Source of the DNA: Selaginella moellendorffii
Lineage: Eukaryota; Plantae; Lycopodiophyta
Length of the DNA: 64,000 nucleotides
Reading direction: 5' to 3'
NCBI RefSeq assembly: GCF_000143415.4
Contig: NW_003314286.1
Span: forward strand, 1,177,718-1,241,717
The notes under the pieces are model-generated. The model worked only from the letters and a program-made list of their open reading frames with translations, did no database searches and was not told the origin of the DNA. Below are positions 26,533 through 37,586 of the stretch, in pieces. Both the position numbers and the translations under genes were made by a program. The first letter of the stretch is position 1. Each line of letters starts with the position of its first letter.

Positions 26533-27384
26533 CAATTCAGTAGCTTGATAAACATGCAAATATAGAACTTGATGCAAAATCCTTTGATATGTCACAATGC
26601 CCCTAGGACCATAAACACATTTCAATAGAGAGGGTCCTTTCATTTCATAACTCCTTACGTAGATCTTGGTGAAACCAGAGTTAGTGAAGTTAGTTTCTTG
26701 TGGTCCCACATCTGATTGTGATGTCCCTTTGCAGTGTCGATGGAAAGGTCAATGCACACCAAACTGTAAAATCTTGGAGCAAAATAACGGTCGGATCTAT
26801 GGCAAATGCCCCTGAAACATTGTAAGGCTCGTGTGGTCTCATGTGGTCTTTGATCAAGATGCTTCTTTGCAGGGTCATCAAGAAAGACATTGTATACCAT
26901 TCTGTAAAATCTAGTTATGATCTAACGGTTGGATCTCCAGAAAACTCAAAAAAATCTCGCGCGTATTAGAATATTCTAGGAATATACTCCTATGTGCCCC
27001 TCAAAATGGCATGCGGCCCCACGCCATTCAAGAGATAACGCCAGATGACGCCGAGCATTTTTTGGGATTTGTATACCATTCTTTATTTAGCTGAACATCT
27101 GGCATTTTTGGAAATACAAGATGCTTTGGAATATCCAATCATGCATGGTATAAATATGGCGAGGGTATTAAATGATATCCCAATCATGATCTTTCTTTTG
27201 GATTTCGCGTGCATGCAGTTCGAGGAATGATGACGTTGCGGATTTCTTTTGGATTTCACGTGCATGCATGCGCGCGGCGATCCAGAAATTAATGGTGGCG
27301 CCCAAGTCCGAGGAATGATGACGTGGCGGGATTACCAACCGTCGTGACATTTTGCGCGTGTGAGGTTAGGTTTTGCATTTTTCT

Positions 27385-27552
27385 TCGTACTCGCGCTCGC
27401 ACACTCGCGCTTGCATCGCGCTCCCACTCGCGATCACGCTCACATTCGCGCTCATTTACCTTCTCTACAGGTTTCTCGTGTGCATCGGCGTCCACTCGCG
27501 CTTGCATCACACTCGCGCTCGCATCGCACTCGTGTGCATCGGCGTCCACTTC
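27385..27552. repeat. CG-rich CACTCGCGCTCGCATCG repeats upstream of the cargo gene
   Basis: Imperfect short repeats with retained CpG. Confidence 0.7.
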
Positions 27553-27757
27553 AAGACACACCCAGTTTGTAACTTTGCCGCCAACTCCGCCGCCCACTCT
27601 GCCACCCACACGCAGCCCACTTGGTGTCCCGGGAGATTTCAGCGCCACTCTCCAACTGTAAGTGGCAGAGTAGCCTTGCTGCTAAGATCCACTGCACACA
27701 CAGTGCACATTCGCCAGCGAGTCCGGCCTCGATTGTCACGCCTCCATTCAGCTTCAA

Positions 27758-30700
27758 ATGGTAAGTCTTTTAGGCCAAGTAGAAAATGGCATGAGGCCAC
27801 ATGCCATTCAGTAGCAACATTGGCATGTACCGATTGGGCTCTCGAGTGTAGTCCGGTTACAGATGGTGTGTAGCCTCACGCCATCTTAAGATGCAGCCTT
27901 AAGACATCTGATGCAGTGGTGAATGGCGTGTGGCCTCACATTATTTCCAGCTGGTAGCTTTTCATCTGTCAGCTCTAATTGTTGTGCATTTCTGAACAGG
28001 TGAGGAATTGCGTTCTTCTTCTAGCCACTGTCAATGTGGATGCAGAGAAGGGGGAGGAGCTCACCAGTTGGACTTTCGGGATGGAAGGCGAGGATCTGAG
28101 GCTGTACAACACAGATGGTGGGAGAAAAGAATGCATGGGGATCCTCATCCAAGTGACAGACACTCCATGTAGTTCCATGCAAGAATATGGACTGGCACTT
28201 GTGGTAGAGACAACGTTTGCCTTCAAGATCCACCTTGCACATCCTAGCGGCTTCCCGGAGGGGGGTAGCGGCTATGAAGAATTCCTAGAGGGAGCTAGGG
28301 AAAGGTTGTCCAGGAGGCCCACAATTTCAAAGACGCTGTGGGTCTATGAAGATCATATGGAATCCACGGACCTCACTTACGGCGATGTTCAAAAACTATA
28401 TTCCAACATTGAGCCGTTGAGAGTGCCTCCAGTTCGCGAAGCAAAGGGGAAGGGGGTCGATCTGGAAACTACCCCGAAGCAGAAAAGGGTGGTCAAGCTC
28501 AAGCCGACATCTGACTCTCTTGCTCCAAAAAAGAAGCTACTCGGTGATGCCATTGCCTCGGGTTCGAACACTACACCCACCAAAAAGAAGAGCCGCAAAG
28601 AGTAAAAAGAGCAAGAAGAGGCAGCAAAAATCGTCGCAGATAATAGTACTTGTTACTATTCCAACAAAGTATATACAATCGACGTGAGCCATATCGACAT
28701 CCAAAGCAAATACAACCACAGGCTAGTATCTGATGAGTGGGTGGAGAAACTGAAGCAGAAGATGCTGGCAAGTCCAGTAACACCCGACATCGCAGACGTG
28801 ATCCCCTACTACCGAACAATGAAGGGCGAGACGAGGTTTCCAGACTTGATCAATAGGAAGGTGTTGGACGATCAGAACATTCGGTTCTATGCCGTCTCCG
28901 GGCAGCATTCTAGCTTGGCGATGCAAGAGATAGTTGTGGATATTATGGTGGGCGAGGAGGTCAAGAAAGTCTTCAAGACAAGAGTTGTCCGCCTGATAAA
29001 AGGCAACTCGCCCCTCCGATCTATCATATACATCTCCCACGCGCAGAATGTCAAGCAAGAAACGTGCTACAAATCGGGTCTGCACGAGACATTGGCACGA
29101 ACACGGAAGCTCTGGGTTCAACTGAAGAAGCCACAAAAACCAGGACAAGGACGTGCACTAGCAACTAGCGCCTGGCAGGTAAGCCTCGTTGCATGTGGCA
29201 TAACATGTGGCCTCACGCCATTTCCATTGCAGGAATTCTCGAGTCTTCTCTCGAAAACACTGGGGGTCAATGACACACTCAGCATCTATAACATTCTACT
29301 CGCGACAAAAGTTGTTTTTGACAAATGGGTAGATGTGCTGAGGAGGTACCATGACGGGGAGTTACTAAACTCAATGGGTGTGGAGGACGGCCGGAAGCCC
29401 AATGATTTGAAGCTCAACGCCTTGCGTTTCTCGCGGTCTCTAGATGACGACGACCTTCTGACAGTGGCTAATGCTCTTCTACGTGGTGAGGTAGTCCTCA
29501 ACAAGACCAAAATGACTCCCGGCCATATTGTGACATACGAGGACTTGTGCACGACTCTTAGAGCTCGTGCGCTATTGAAGGATTGGATCTTCGAGCAAGT
29601 GGCCGTGGAGAGGGTGAGCATCGACACCACGCAAGAGATGATGGAAGCGCTGGATTTGTCAAATGAAGACATCGACGAGTACGTGAAGGAGGCCCCCAAG
29701 TTCATCGATCTGCTGCGGGATGCCACGAAAAGTAAAGCTGAGAAGTTGGATCAGTATCCAAATTTCATTAAGAGGGATGTCGACCGCCGGCTTCAGAAAC
29801 AGGTCGACCCCGCAGCAGAGGCCTATCAAGAACCTTACCGGGTATACGTGAATTCGGATGAGGATCAAAGGTGGAGGAGCATCGTTTCCCGCGGAGATGA
29901 GCAGGTCAAGAACATCTTTTGTGTGATGGACTTCACAAATGAGGAGATCACTCATGCAGACGAAGTCAGCTCCATCATTGACTTAATGGTGGGACTTGCA
30001 GAGATGGAATCTTCAGTCCACTATATGATCTACGACTCCGAATCCTATCACAAGTTCTAGAAGGCCTTGAACGAGGTGAAGGCTCGGTTGAAAGGCAAGG
30101 AGATGCAGGAGATCCATGGGATAATGGGTAAGAAGAAGATACCGACGAATGTCCGCATCTTCACACTCGCCCTTGTTATTGGTCTCGCAGCAGAGTGGGA
30201 CTGGAGTGACTTCCCAGCTTCGTTCGACATGGCCGATCGAATTAATCTGAGGGAGGTCAATTTACCCGTGCCTGAGGAACTGAAGACGACTATGGAGCTT
30301 TCGAATCCAAAGAAAGTTCCAGGTGCAGCATGGGAAATGCTCAGCTAGGTCTTCAATGCAATAGTGGGTGACTCCAAGGGCAAATGCGTTGTCGAGTACA
30401 ACTGTGGCGGACTATTCTTTCGAGCCGCACTACTCAAGGGTGTCTCGTGTGTTGCGGTGACAAACTCCATTGAAGAGGTGACTTCAATGGAGCATATAAT
30501 TACAGTTGCCAAAGAAAAACAGTATCTTCTCTGCGAACCTGGTGAGTATGCACTTTAAGTTTAAATGTTATCTCACAAGCTCTGTATGCAGGAGCGTGGC
30601 CACCCCCAGATGCTGAAACGGCGTTAACAGCTACTGTTGAAGATACCCATGTTGGGCCGAGCTCACAACCTACACAAGGTAAGGTCACGTGAGGCCTCAC

Positions 30701-33350
30701 ACCATTTTGATTATAGATCGTTGTGAATATTCAGACACGAGGACTGAAAAGCGCACTGGTGGCGCGTCGAAGAAGGACAAACAGACAAGCAATAGGAAAA
30801 AAGGAGGTACAAATTATATTTGCAATAGCGTGTGGTCTCATGCCATTCCTTGCAGGAGACACTTCTTCAAAGGCAAAACAGGCAAGCACCAGCCAAGCTT
30901 AAACTGACAATAGTCATAAAAAGCGAAAGCATGTTGGACAGTCGTCGGGATCAGAGGCATTTGATTCGAAAAGGAAAAAGGGCAACGAAAAGATGATAGG
31001 TAATGCCTCGCGGTTATGGCGTGTGTGCTCATGCCATTCATTGCAGATCAAGGGCTGAGTGAAAGCAGCCAGTCACCACCTCCTGACTCAGATTCCTATG
31101 GCAGACTCCCCTTCCCCAATCTCAATGGAGAGGTACAATGGATGAGGGATGCTTTTCAAGTCAGGGCCACGTTTTTCTCATCTCGTCATCTTCGAAGGGT
31201 CCAAGAACGTGCAGAAACCATGTTAAGACAGTCGGGTGAGGATATGGTCCTAGGTCACGCACTAAAACAGGCTATGGATGTCTTGTATTTTGAGATGGAG
31301 ACTCGGCCAGATGATTTTCCCAAGATGGTCCTGAAAAAAAAAGCCATCCAGCCTGAGCAGCCTATGGAAGAAATGCAAGAGGGGGATGAGGAGCCAGAGA
31401 AAGATAATGAGTAGGAAGAGCAGAAGGACGAAGAGGAGGACAAAGAAGAGGAGGACGAAGAGGACTTGGATGGTCCTCACAATGGTGACAATCACAATAA
31501 CGACGACGACGATGATGATGACGATGGCCAGCCTGAGGTGGCCAAAGAGCAGCGGAGGAAGGTCATACAAGACAAACCATCAGGTAAATAATAGTACATC
31601 CATTCCTAACCTTTTACCATTTCTAACATTGTCCATATAGGTCGCAGAGCAAATGGTAAGTAGAGATTATTCAGTTGAATTTACAAACTCTAGCCTTTAG
31701 TGTCGAGGAAGGATAGTGCCAAGCAAGGGTCGAAACGTATGTCCAATCCTTTAGAATCAGCAGTGCACCCAAGTGATATCGGTCCTAGTTCCTCAATAGC
31801 AGTTGATGGTAAATACAGTATAGTCGATTCAATGTGCTAATGAGTTTGTTTTCAGTAGCACGGGAGGATACCATCTCAATCGAAGGGAGATATTTGGACA
31901 TGCATATGGATCCGCCAGTGGACTCTACTTGCCTACAAGAGTCATCAGAGCTGGTGGAGGCTACTATCCATATCAATGCCAAGCAAGCTGACCACGCTCC
32001 ACTTGATGCTGCCCATACCACTGAGTCAATCTTGTCCACGTATCCAACTGACGGTGACCAGGCGCCATTGGACCCGCATGAGGCCGCCCCAGCCGCCGAG
32101 CCGGTCGTATCCTCATTTCCAACGGACTCAACGTGTGCCCAATCGTCTGACTACGCGCCGTTGGAACCTCCCTACACCGCCCTTGCTGCCTGTTTGGTCA
32201 TGTCCACTTTGCCAACGGAGGCACCAGCTGAAATGGCGTGTGATCACATGCCATCGGAACCACCCCATGCCACTGTTGAGCCAGTTGTACTAGAGTCTAC
32301 AGCTAAAATGGCATGTGCCCACACGCCATCGGATGCGATTGACCCCACATTGCAAAGGAGAGTATTTCCGCCCTTCACGTTTCCTCGACCAAAACCCTCT
32401 CAATGACCATCGGGAGCACCATTCGCTAATATTGTAGATGGTAAAATTGACTTGTACCATTTTTTATGCTGACGCATTTCATTTCAGAGTCACGGCGAAG
32501 GTACTGTATCGTTTTTGATCTGAACGGTGTCCTTTTCTCCCATGAGCGTGGCTTGTCCTCGAATGTCACTACACCCTCCAAAGCCTGTGGTCGCAAGTTG
32601 GTCAAAAGAGACAGATTCACATTAATCACATGGGAGAAACTACGGGATCTAATAATGACCATGCGACACTTAAAACAGAGGGCCGGGTTCAATTTGCAAT
32701 TGGGAGTTTGGACATCCATGATGCGCCACAATGCATTAACGTTGCTACAGATGATGCACGATCAGACGCGAGTAATATTACCATTTGACTTTCTTCTAAC
32801 GCAGGAGGATTGCTTGACTATGGTCCATGTGAGGGGTAGCAAGCCCATCTTCGTCAAGCCAGAGGCTGTAGTGATGAACCGGACTGCTAGGTTAAGTGAA
32901 ATCCTCATCATCGATGACTTGCCGATTAAAACTGCAGCGAACACGCACACATATGCAGTGCACCCCATCTCTTGCAATATGGAAACTAGGGAGAAGAAAC
33001 CGTATGTTCTGGGGGACCTTGCAAAACGACTTGGAGCGATGGTGATAGAGAACCGGCCAGTCCAAGAGGTGGCTGCAGAAATCAACCAAATGGCAGATGG
33101 AACGGTATATCAAAAGCCATTTGATCGGATAGACACCAGTCATCATTTATGGCATGTATATTGTCTAGCCAAGCACTATCCGCATCTCCATAATCTGCTC
33201 AACCGGATGGGTTCTTCGACCACTGAACATGAGCGTGGACGTATTAGAGAAGAGATGGCATTACAATTGGATTTAAATCCTGATAGTGTGGAGAGTGATG
33301 AAATTCCAAGATTATTGTATAGGCGTTGGAGGCAAAATATAACAGTCTGA
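27758..33350 (+). pseudogene. 11-exon transposon cargo gene (~1633 aa): ParB/Srx-like domain + degenerate beta-class amino-MTase fold + acidic linker + FCP1/NIF HAD phosphatase-like domain
   Basis: Exons 27758-27760, 28000-29178, 29233-30541, 30592-30678, 30735-30806, 30856-30999, 31047-31583, 31641-31655, 31701-31808, 31856-32440 and 32488-33350 total 4902 nt in one frame, with all introns GT-AG. Six premature stops (28603, 30058, 30346, 30900, 31412, 32404) are each one transition from a sense codon. Motifs: RLVSDEWVEKL...FYAVSGQHS; KKVP...GKCVVEYNCGG...AALLKGVSCVAV; IVFDLNGVL...WTS...ILIIDDLPIK. Confidence 0.8.
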
Positions 33351-33768
33351 GATGGCATGTATTTATTTAAAAATGTAACTTATTATGGCATGGGGTTCCA
33401 TGCCATTGTATTAATATTAAAAGACAATTCTTTGAGAGGATTTGCATTATACTAGAAGTGTTACAGCATGTTATTGGAAGTCTAAGAAGTTGTTTTATTA
33501 ATAAGGGGAAAGTAAAGATTGAATGGGGACTTGGGCTCCACTTAGACTCGGAGCAACTGAGCCAATATTAAAAGGATGGAAAGAAATTGGACGACAATGA
33601 CAAGGAGAAGAGAGAGGTGAAGCAGTGGCAGGGGGAGGAGAAGTGATTGAGTAGACATTTCCTTGTTTAAAATAAAATGGCATGTGCCTCAATGCAATTG
33701 AATTTTGTTATATTTATATACTATATAAAGGTTTGGAAACCTTATTTTACAAGTGGGATAATGACAAT

Positions 33769-33791
33769 TCCCACTTTAACGAAATAGAGCT
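33769..33791 (-). repeat. Right terminal inverted repeat
   Basis: TCCCACTTTAACGAAATAGAGCT, the exact reverse complement of the left TIR. Confidence 0.9.
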
Positions 33792-35763
33792 TAGCACAGG
33801 ATTTATAGTTTATCATGGTGGGTATTTAGATTGTGTGGATGAAGTATGCAATTGAAATTGTTGTAGAAATTTTATATTTTTGAAAGGTCTGCAATCAATC
33901 CTTTTGCCTGTGACACCATTGTTATTAGATCGAAGTGTCGATTATGCAAAAATGCTCTTTTATATTGTGCCATCTATGAGGCCAAGATGTACTACTTTCT
34001 TCCGACTGGAAGAGCTACAATACATGTTAGCACACACATGCATCCAATGCAATAGGGATACAAAGGAATTCTCTCAACCGTTTCAAAGATATTGTGTAGG
34101 AAGAGATTGTGAGAAATTTATTTACAACTTCAAAGCATGTTCAAAAAACTTTTTTTAAAGATTTTATTGCGAACACCCTACTCAATAAAAAGACTCAACT
34201 AAATTAGGCTAGCTTGTGGGATTTACTACAAAGAGTATAACCTGCTACTAGCATGAGGAGGTATGTCCATTATATTTTATATGTTACAATAATATCTTTT
34301 TCTTACATGATATTGTTTAGGATAAAATCTTGAATCTCGAAAGGGGAAGTTGCAATAAAAAATTGACTTCATTCTTGAATTGAAACACACCTGTCCATAG
34401 GAGTTCACTTACAGAAGTTTGTTTCCAGACCAAGTTATGAATAAGCACTAGTGCCCCTTCATCTTCAAGATGTTTACAATGAGCTTTGCTTCTAGTATAG
34501 ATCTTGTTTCCTAAATGGACATGTCTGGGTCTAGAGTACATTTTGGCCATATGGAACATGTATTAAGTTTGACAACTATGGGAGATCATGTATATAATCC
34601 AAGGCAATTTTTATTCTTATTATATTGAAGTGGTTGTAATATTTGTGTTTTCACAAGCTATATTATAACTTAACAATTGCGAAAACAAAGTTTAAAGTAC
34701 AAAACCAAACAACCTAGGAAATATTTTGGAAGCCCCTCTACAATATTATGCTAAAGTGGACTGGTAAGCCTACAAACTTTTGCAATTTCATGGCAAATGG
34801 GGCTCATGCAAACTAGAATAGTGTTCAAGTAGTTTTGGGAATGGTCAGCTATTGGAAGGTTGTGAGAGGACTTGTGAGTTCCATTGGGCTCAAAGTTTAA
34901 ATTAGCACTGACATTTTATCAAGCTAGAGTTTCAATTAGTGTTTAAAAAGTTGTGTAGATAATGGTAGGTTGCACTTCTGAAAAAGAGTATGAGGCAAAA
35001 GTAAATAAAATTCAAATGTGGTGGCATGAAGATGGTTATACATATGTAAGTTGTCTGTTACAACTTGAGTCATGGTTGGGATAGTGGGAAGTTAGAATGT
35101 TCTAGTGGGGACATCACTCTCTTCAGATTAGTTTATATTTTTTCTTCTCATTTTATTGCCTCTTAATATTGCCTTTTTCATTATGATCAACCACTTAAAG
35201 ATCTAACAAGTAAAGTTAACTTATATGGAAGAATCAGAGTGTAAACTCTTGAATTTGAAAGTAGGGAATGTTAAGATGCTATTTCAATGCATTAATAAGC
35301 CCCATTTATTTTGGGGGCTTGCTTATACGGTAGAATTATATGAAAGTAGAGAACTTTGGGATGTTAATTTAACACTTGAATAAGCCCTATTTTTTCATCT
35401 TGAGTAAGTTAATTTTGCTATGTAACATCAAATTTGTGGCTTATATATATAAAAGGATGCCCAACTTGAAGCAATATGGCCTTAATAGCAAACTCTAAAG
35501 CATTAGTCAATAAAGTATCACCATTACCTATCCCAACAATCCCTTTTACATAAACCATTGCACTTTATAGAGTTAATATAAACTTGAGACTTTGATTCGT
35601 GAACTTTTGCTATGGGATGTGGTGTCTACAGAGTTAATAAGAGCTTGAGACTTTGGTTCTTAATCCACAACAAAAATTTTGACCAAGTATTCATTACCCC
35701 CTTCAAGACAATCCTTCACCAAGCACATAACAAGTAGGGTTAGGTTATGTGGCAGAATTAGAG

Positions 35764-35898
35764 TGTAAGCTTCTAAATTTAAGAGGTCACCATTCTTAAT
35801 TGATTGGAAAAAAGGTGCACTCTTGTTCATAAACTATTTTTTTATATATTTGAACCCTAGTAGATTATTTCTAAAGTCATTCTTTTTTATTACTTATA
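35764..35898. mobile_element. Decayed solo LTR related to the TRIM at 46294-47002
   Basis: TGTAAGCTTCTAAATTT...GATTGGAAAAAAGGTGCACTCTT...TTGAACCCTA matches the TRIM LTR; flanks TAGAG/TGGAG. Confidence 0.55.
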
Positions 35899-37586
35899 TG
35901 GAGCTACATGAAGAGGATTAACAAAGTCTTGGATATGAGAATTTGCCTAGGATTAACTACTAAATGCCTTTAATTTGAAGCTCCTTGACTTTTGTAAAGC
36001 CATATGATTTGTTATTCTCAATAAAATTCATCCCTACATTGGGGTGTATACATGTGAGATATAGCATGGATTACAAGCTTGACTATATGGGCAAAGCATA
36101 ATTGACTATATCTTATACTCAACCCTCATAGCAAATCATGTCACTATTATATATCTAAAGGAATGGAAGTTAAAATACAATCAACATTCACATATAATAT
36201 ATTATACACTCTTTCCCTCACCACAAGGCCCTTTTGTTCGATAAGTGGGATGATGAGAAAAGACAATCCTTTTGCTAGATTCTTTATGCACATTGGATTT
36301 TGTTTACCACTAGAAAGCCTTTTCAAGAGAAAGTACCACACTTGTGGATACGAGGGAAAGGTTGAGGTCAAAGTGGGTTAGAGCTAATAGTATTCTAGAA
36401 GATAAAGCTTACTCCCAACTCTCAATCCCTAAAGGCACTAGAGCATCTAAAAACTTCAAAAAGGGGGGTCTTTAAAGTTCATAAAAAAGAGGCAAATATT
36501 GATTCAAGTTGAAAAAGCTAATATAACATCAAGAGGTAAAGCCTATGCTAGATTTAAGGTTTTTTTACATACCAAGACTAATAGAAGATCATAAACTCAA
36601 AGATGGTGCATGCAAACAAACACAAAGAGACAAGAAAATAAAGGTTTGATAAGCTAGATACTCCTTACAAGTATGTATGCAAGTTTAAACAATTTTGATG
36701 TTTTATGCCTATCAATTTGGGAAATTAAGCTTGATTTTTGGGTGGAGGCTTGTTTGGGATGTGTAAGACCTTGAGCATGGTCATCCAATATGGATGCTCC
36801 TTTGGGTTCTTCCTCTTCAAGGGTGGGGTGATGAAGGAGATTATTTGGTAGTTTTGGCTTTAGTTCCTTAGTATGTTTTGCTTAGTCTAAGAGCTTTCCA
36901 AAGATCTCAAACTTCCTTAAATTGACCCCTTTGTATTTTCGACATTACACCTTATTGTGAGTGTTCTAAAATCACTAGTTATGAGGAGAAACCTCCTCAA
37001 CTAGTGGTATATTGATGTAGCAAAGATGCATAAATCACTTACCATATGGGATGCATAAAGGTAGTCGGCAATTGACTAGGGGCCAGTTGTGTGGCCACAC
37101 TAGAGTGGTGATCAACATGAATAACTTTCCCCTCTCCAACCACTTCCTTGGTGGTGTCGAGGTCCATCTACTCACAATCTTGAGGGGGCCAGCCACTAGC
37201 AAATGAATTAGGAAGAAGTTTCCATTTGTTGTACCAATAGTTGTCTAGCATTGAATAAATGTAAGTTTAGAACATCCTTTATGTTCATATTCAAAGGATC
37301 CTAAGCACTCTCCAATCTTGTTTGCTGGCTGAATTTGGAACTAGATGTAGTGGAATTCAGTGAATAGTATCTTAGCTTTCAATGGCAAGCAAGAGCGATA
37401 GAAAACCAAAGTGCTTAGGAGCGCAAGTGAGCATAGATATACTGGAAGAGACAAGTGGAGCAATGTGTGAGACATAAATCCCTAAGCTCCAAGTGAAGCC
37501 GAAAGAGTTCTACATGGTATTGATTGAAGTGGAAGTCCAACAAGTGTAATATGTTTAGACTAAAATCTTCAACTTGGAAATGAGAG

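Larger units (their letters stand above)
20925..33698. repeat. Dispersed 22-bp palindrome family ATGGCRTGWGGCCWCAYGCCAT (~24 copies)
   Basis: Copies start at 20925, 21014, 21534, 21614, 21774, 21920, 23261, 23318, 25293, 25363, 25461, ~26076, ~26149, 27006, 27786, 27863, 27923, 29200, 30684, 30825, 31016, 32233, 32308, 33385 and 33677. Confidence 0.9.
20384..33791. mobile_element. ~13.4-kb TIR DNA transposon with Sola-like transposase and large cargo gene
   Basis: Perfect TIR AGCTCTATTTCGTTAAAGTGGGA at 20384-20406 and its reverse complement at 33769-33791. Probable 3-bp TSD TAA/TAG. Flanks belong to one MULE gene. Two divergent internal genes. Confidence 0.88.
20300..35130 (+). pseudogene. 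Old Mutator-like (MULE) transposase remnant, interrupted by the 20384-33791 element
   Basis: Left flank NWCKIKTT. Right flank GGYLDCVDEVC, AKMYYFLPTGRATIHVSTHMHP, FIFKM...IDLV...VHFGHMEHV...TTMGDHVYNP, NFMANGAHAN*NSV and ERTCEFHWAQS (CxxH motif). Many stops. Confidence 0.65.

Noticed and set aside
27289-27873. Overlapping 110-170 aa ORFs upstream of the cargo gene
   Set aside because: They arise from CG-rich low-complexity repeats and have no recognisable domain.
20925-33698. Palindromic repeats as a CRISPR array or bacterial REP elements
   Set aside because: Irregular spacing from tens of bp to >1 kb, no uniform spacers, no cas genes, and a spliceosomal-intron context.
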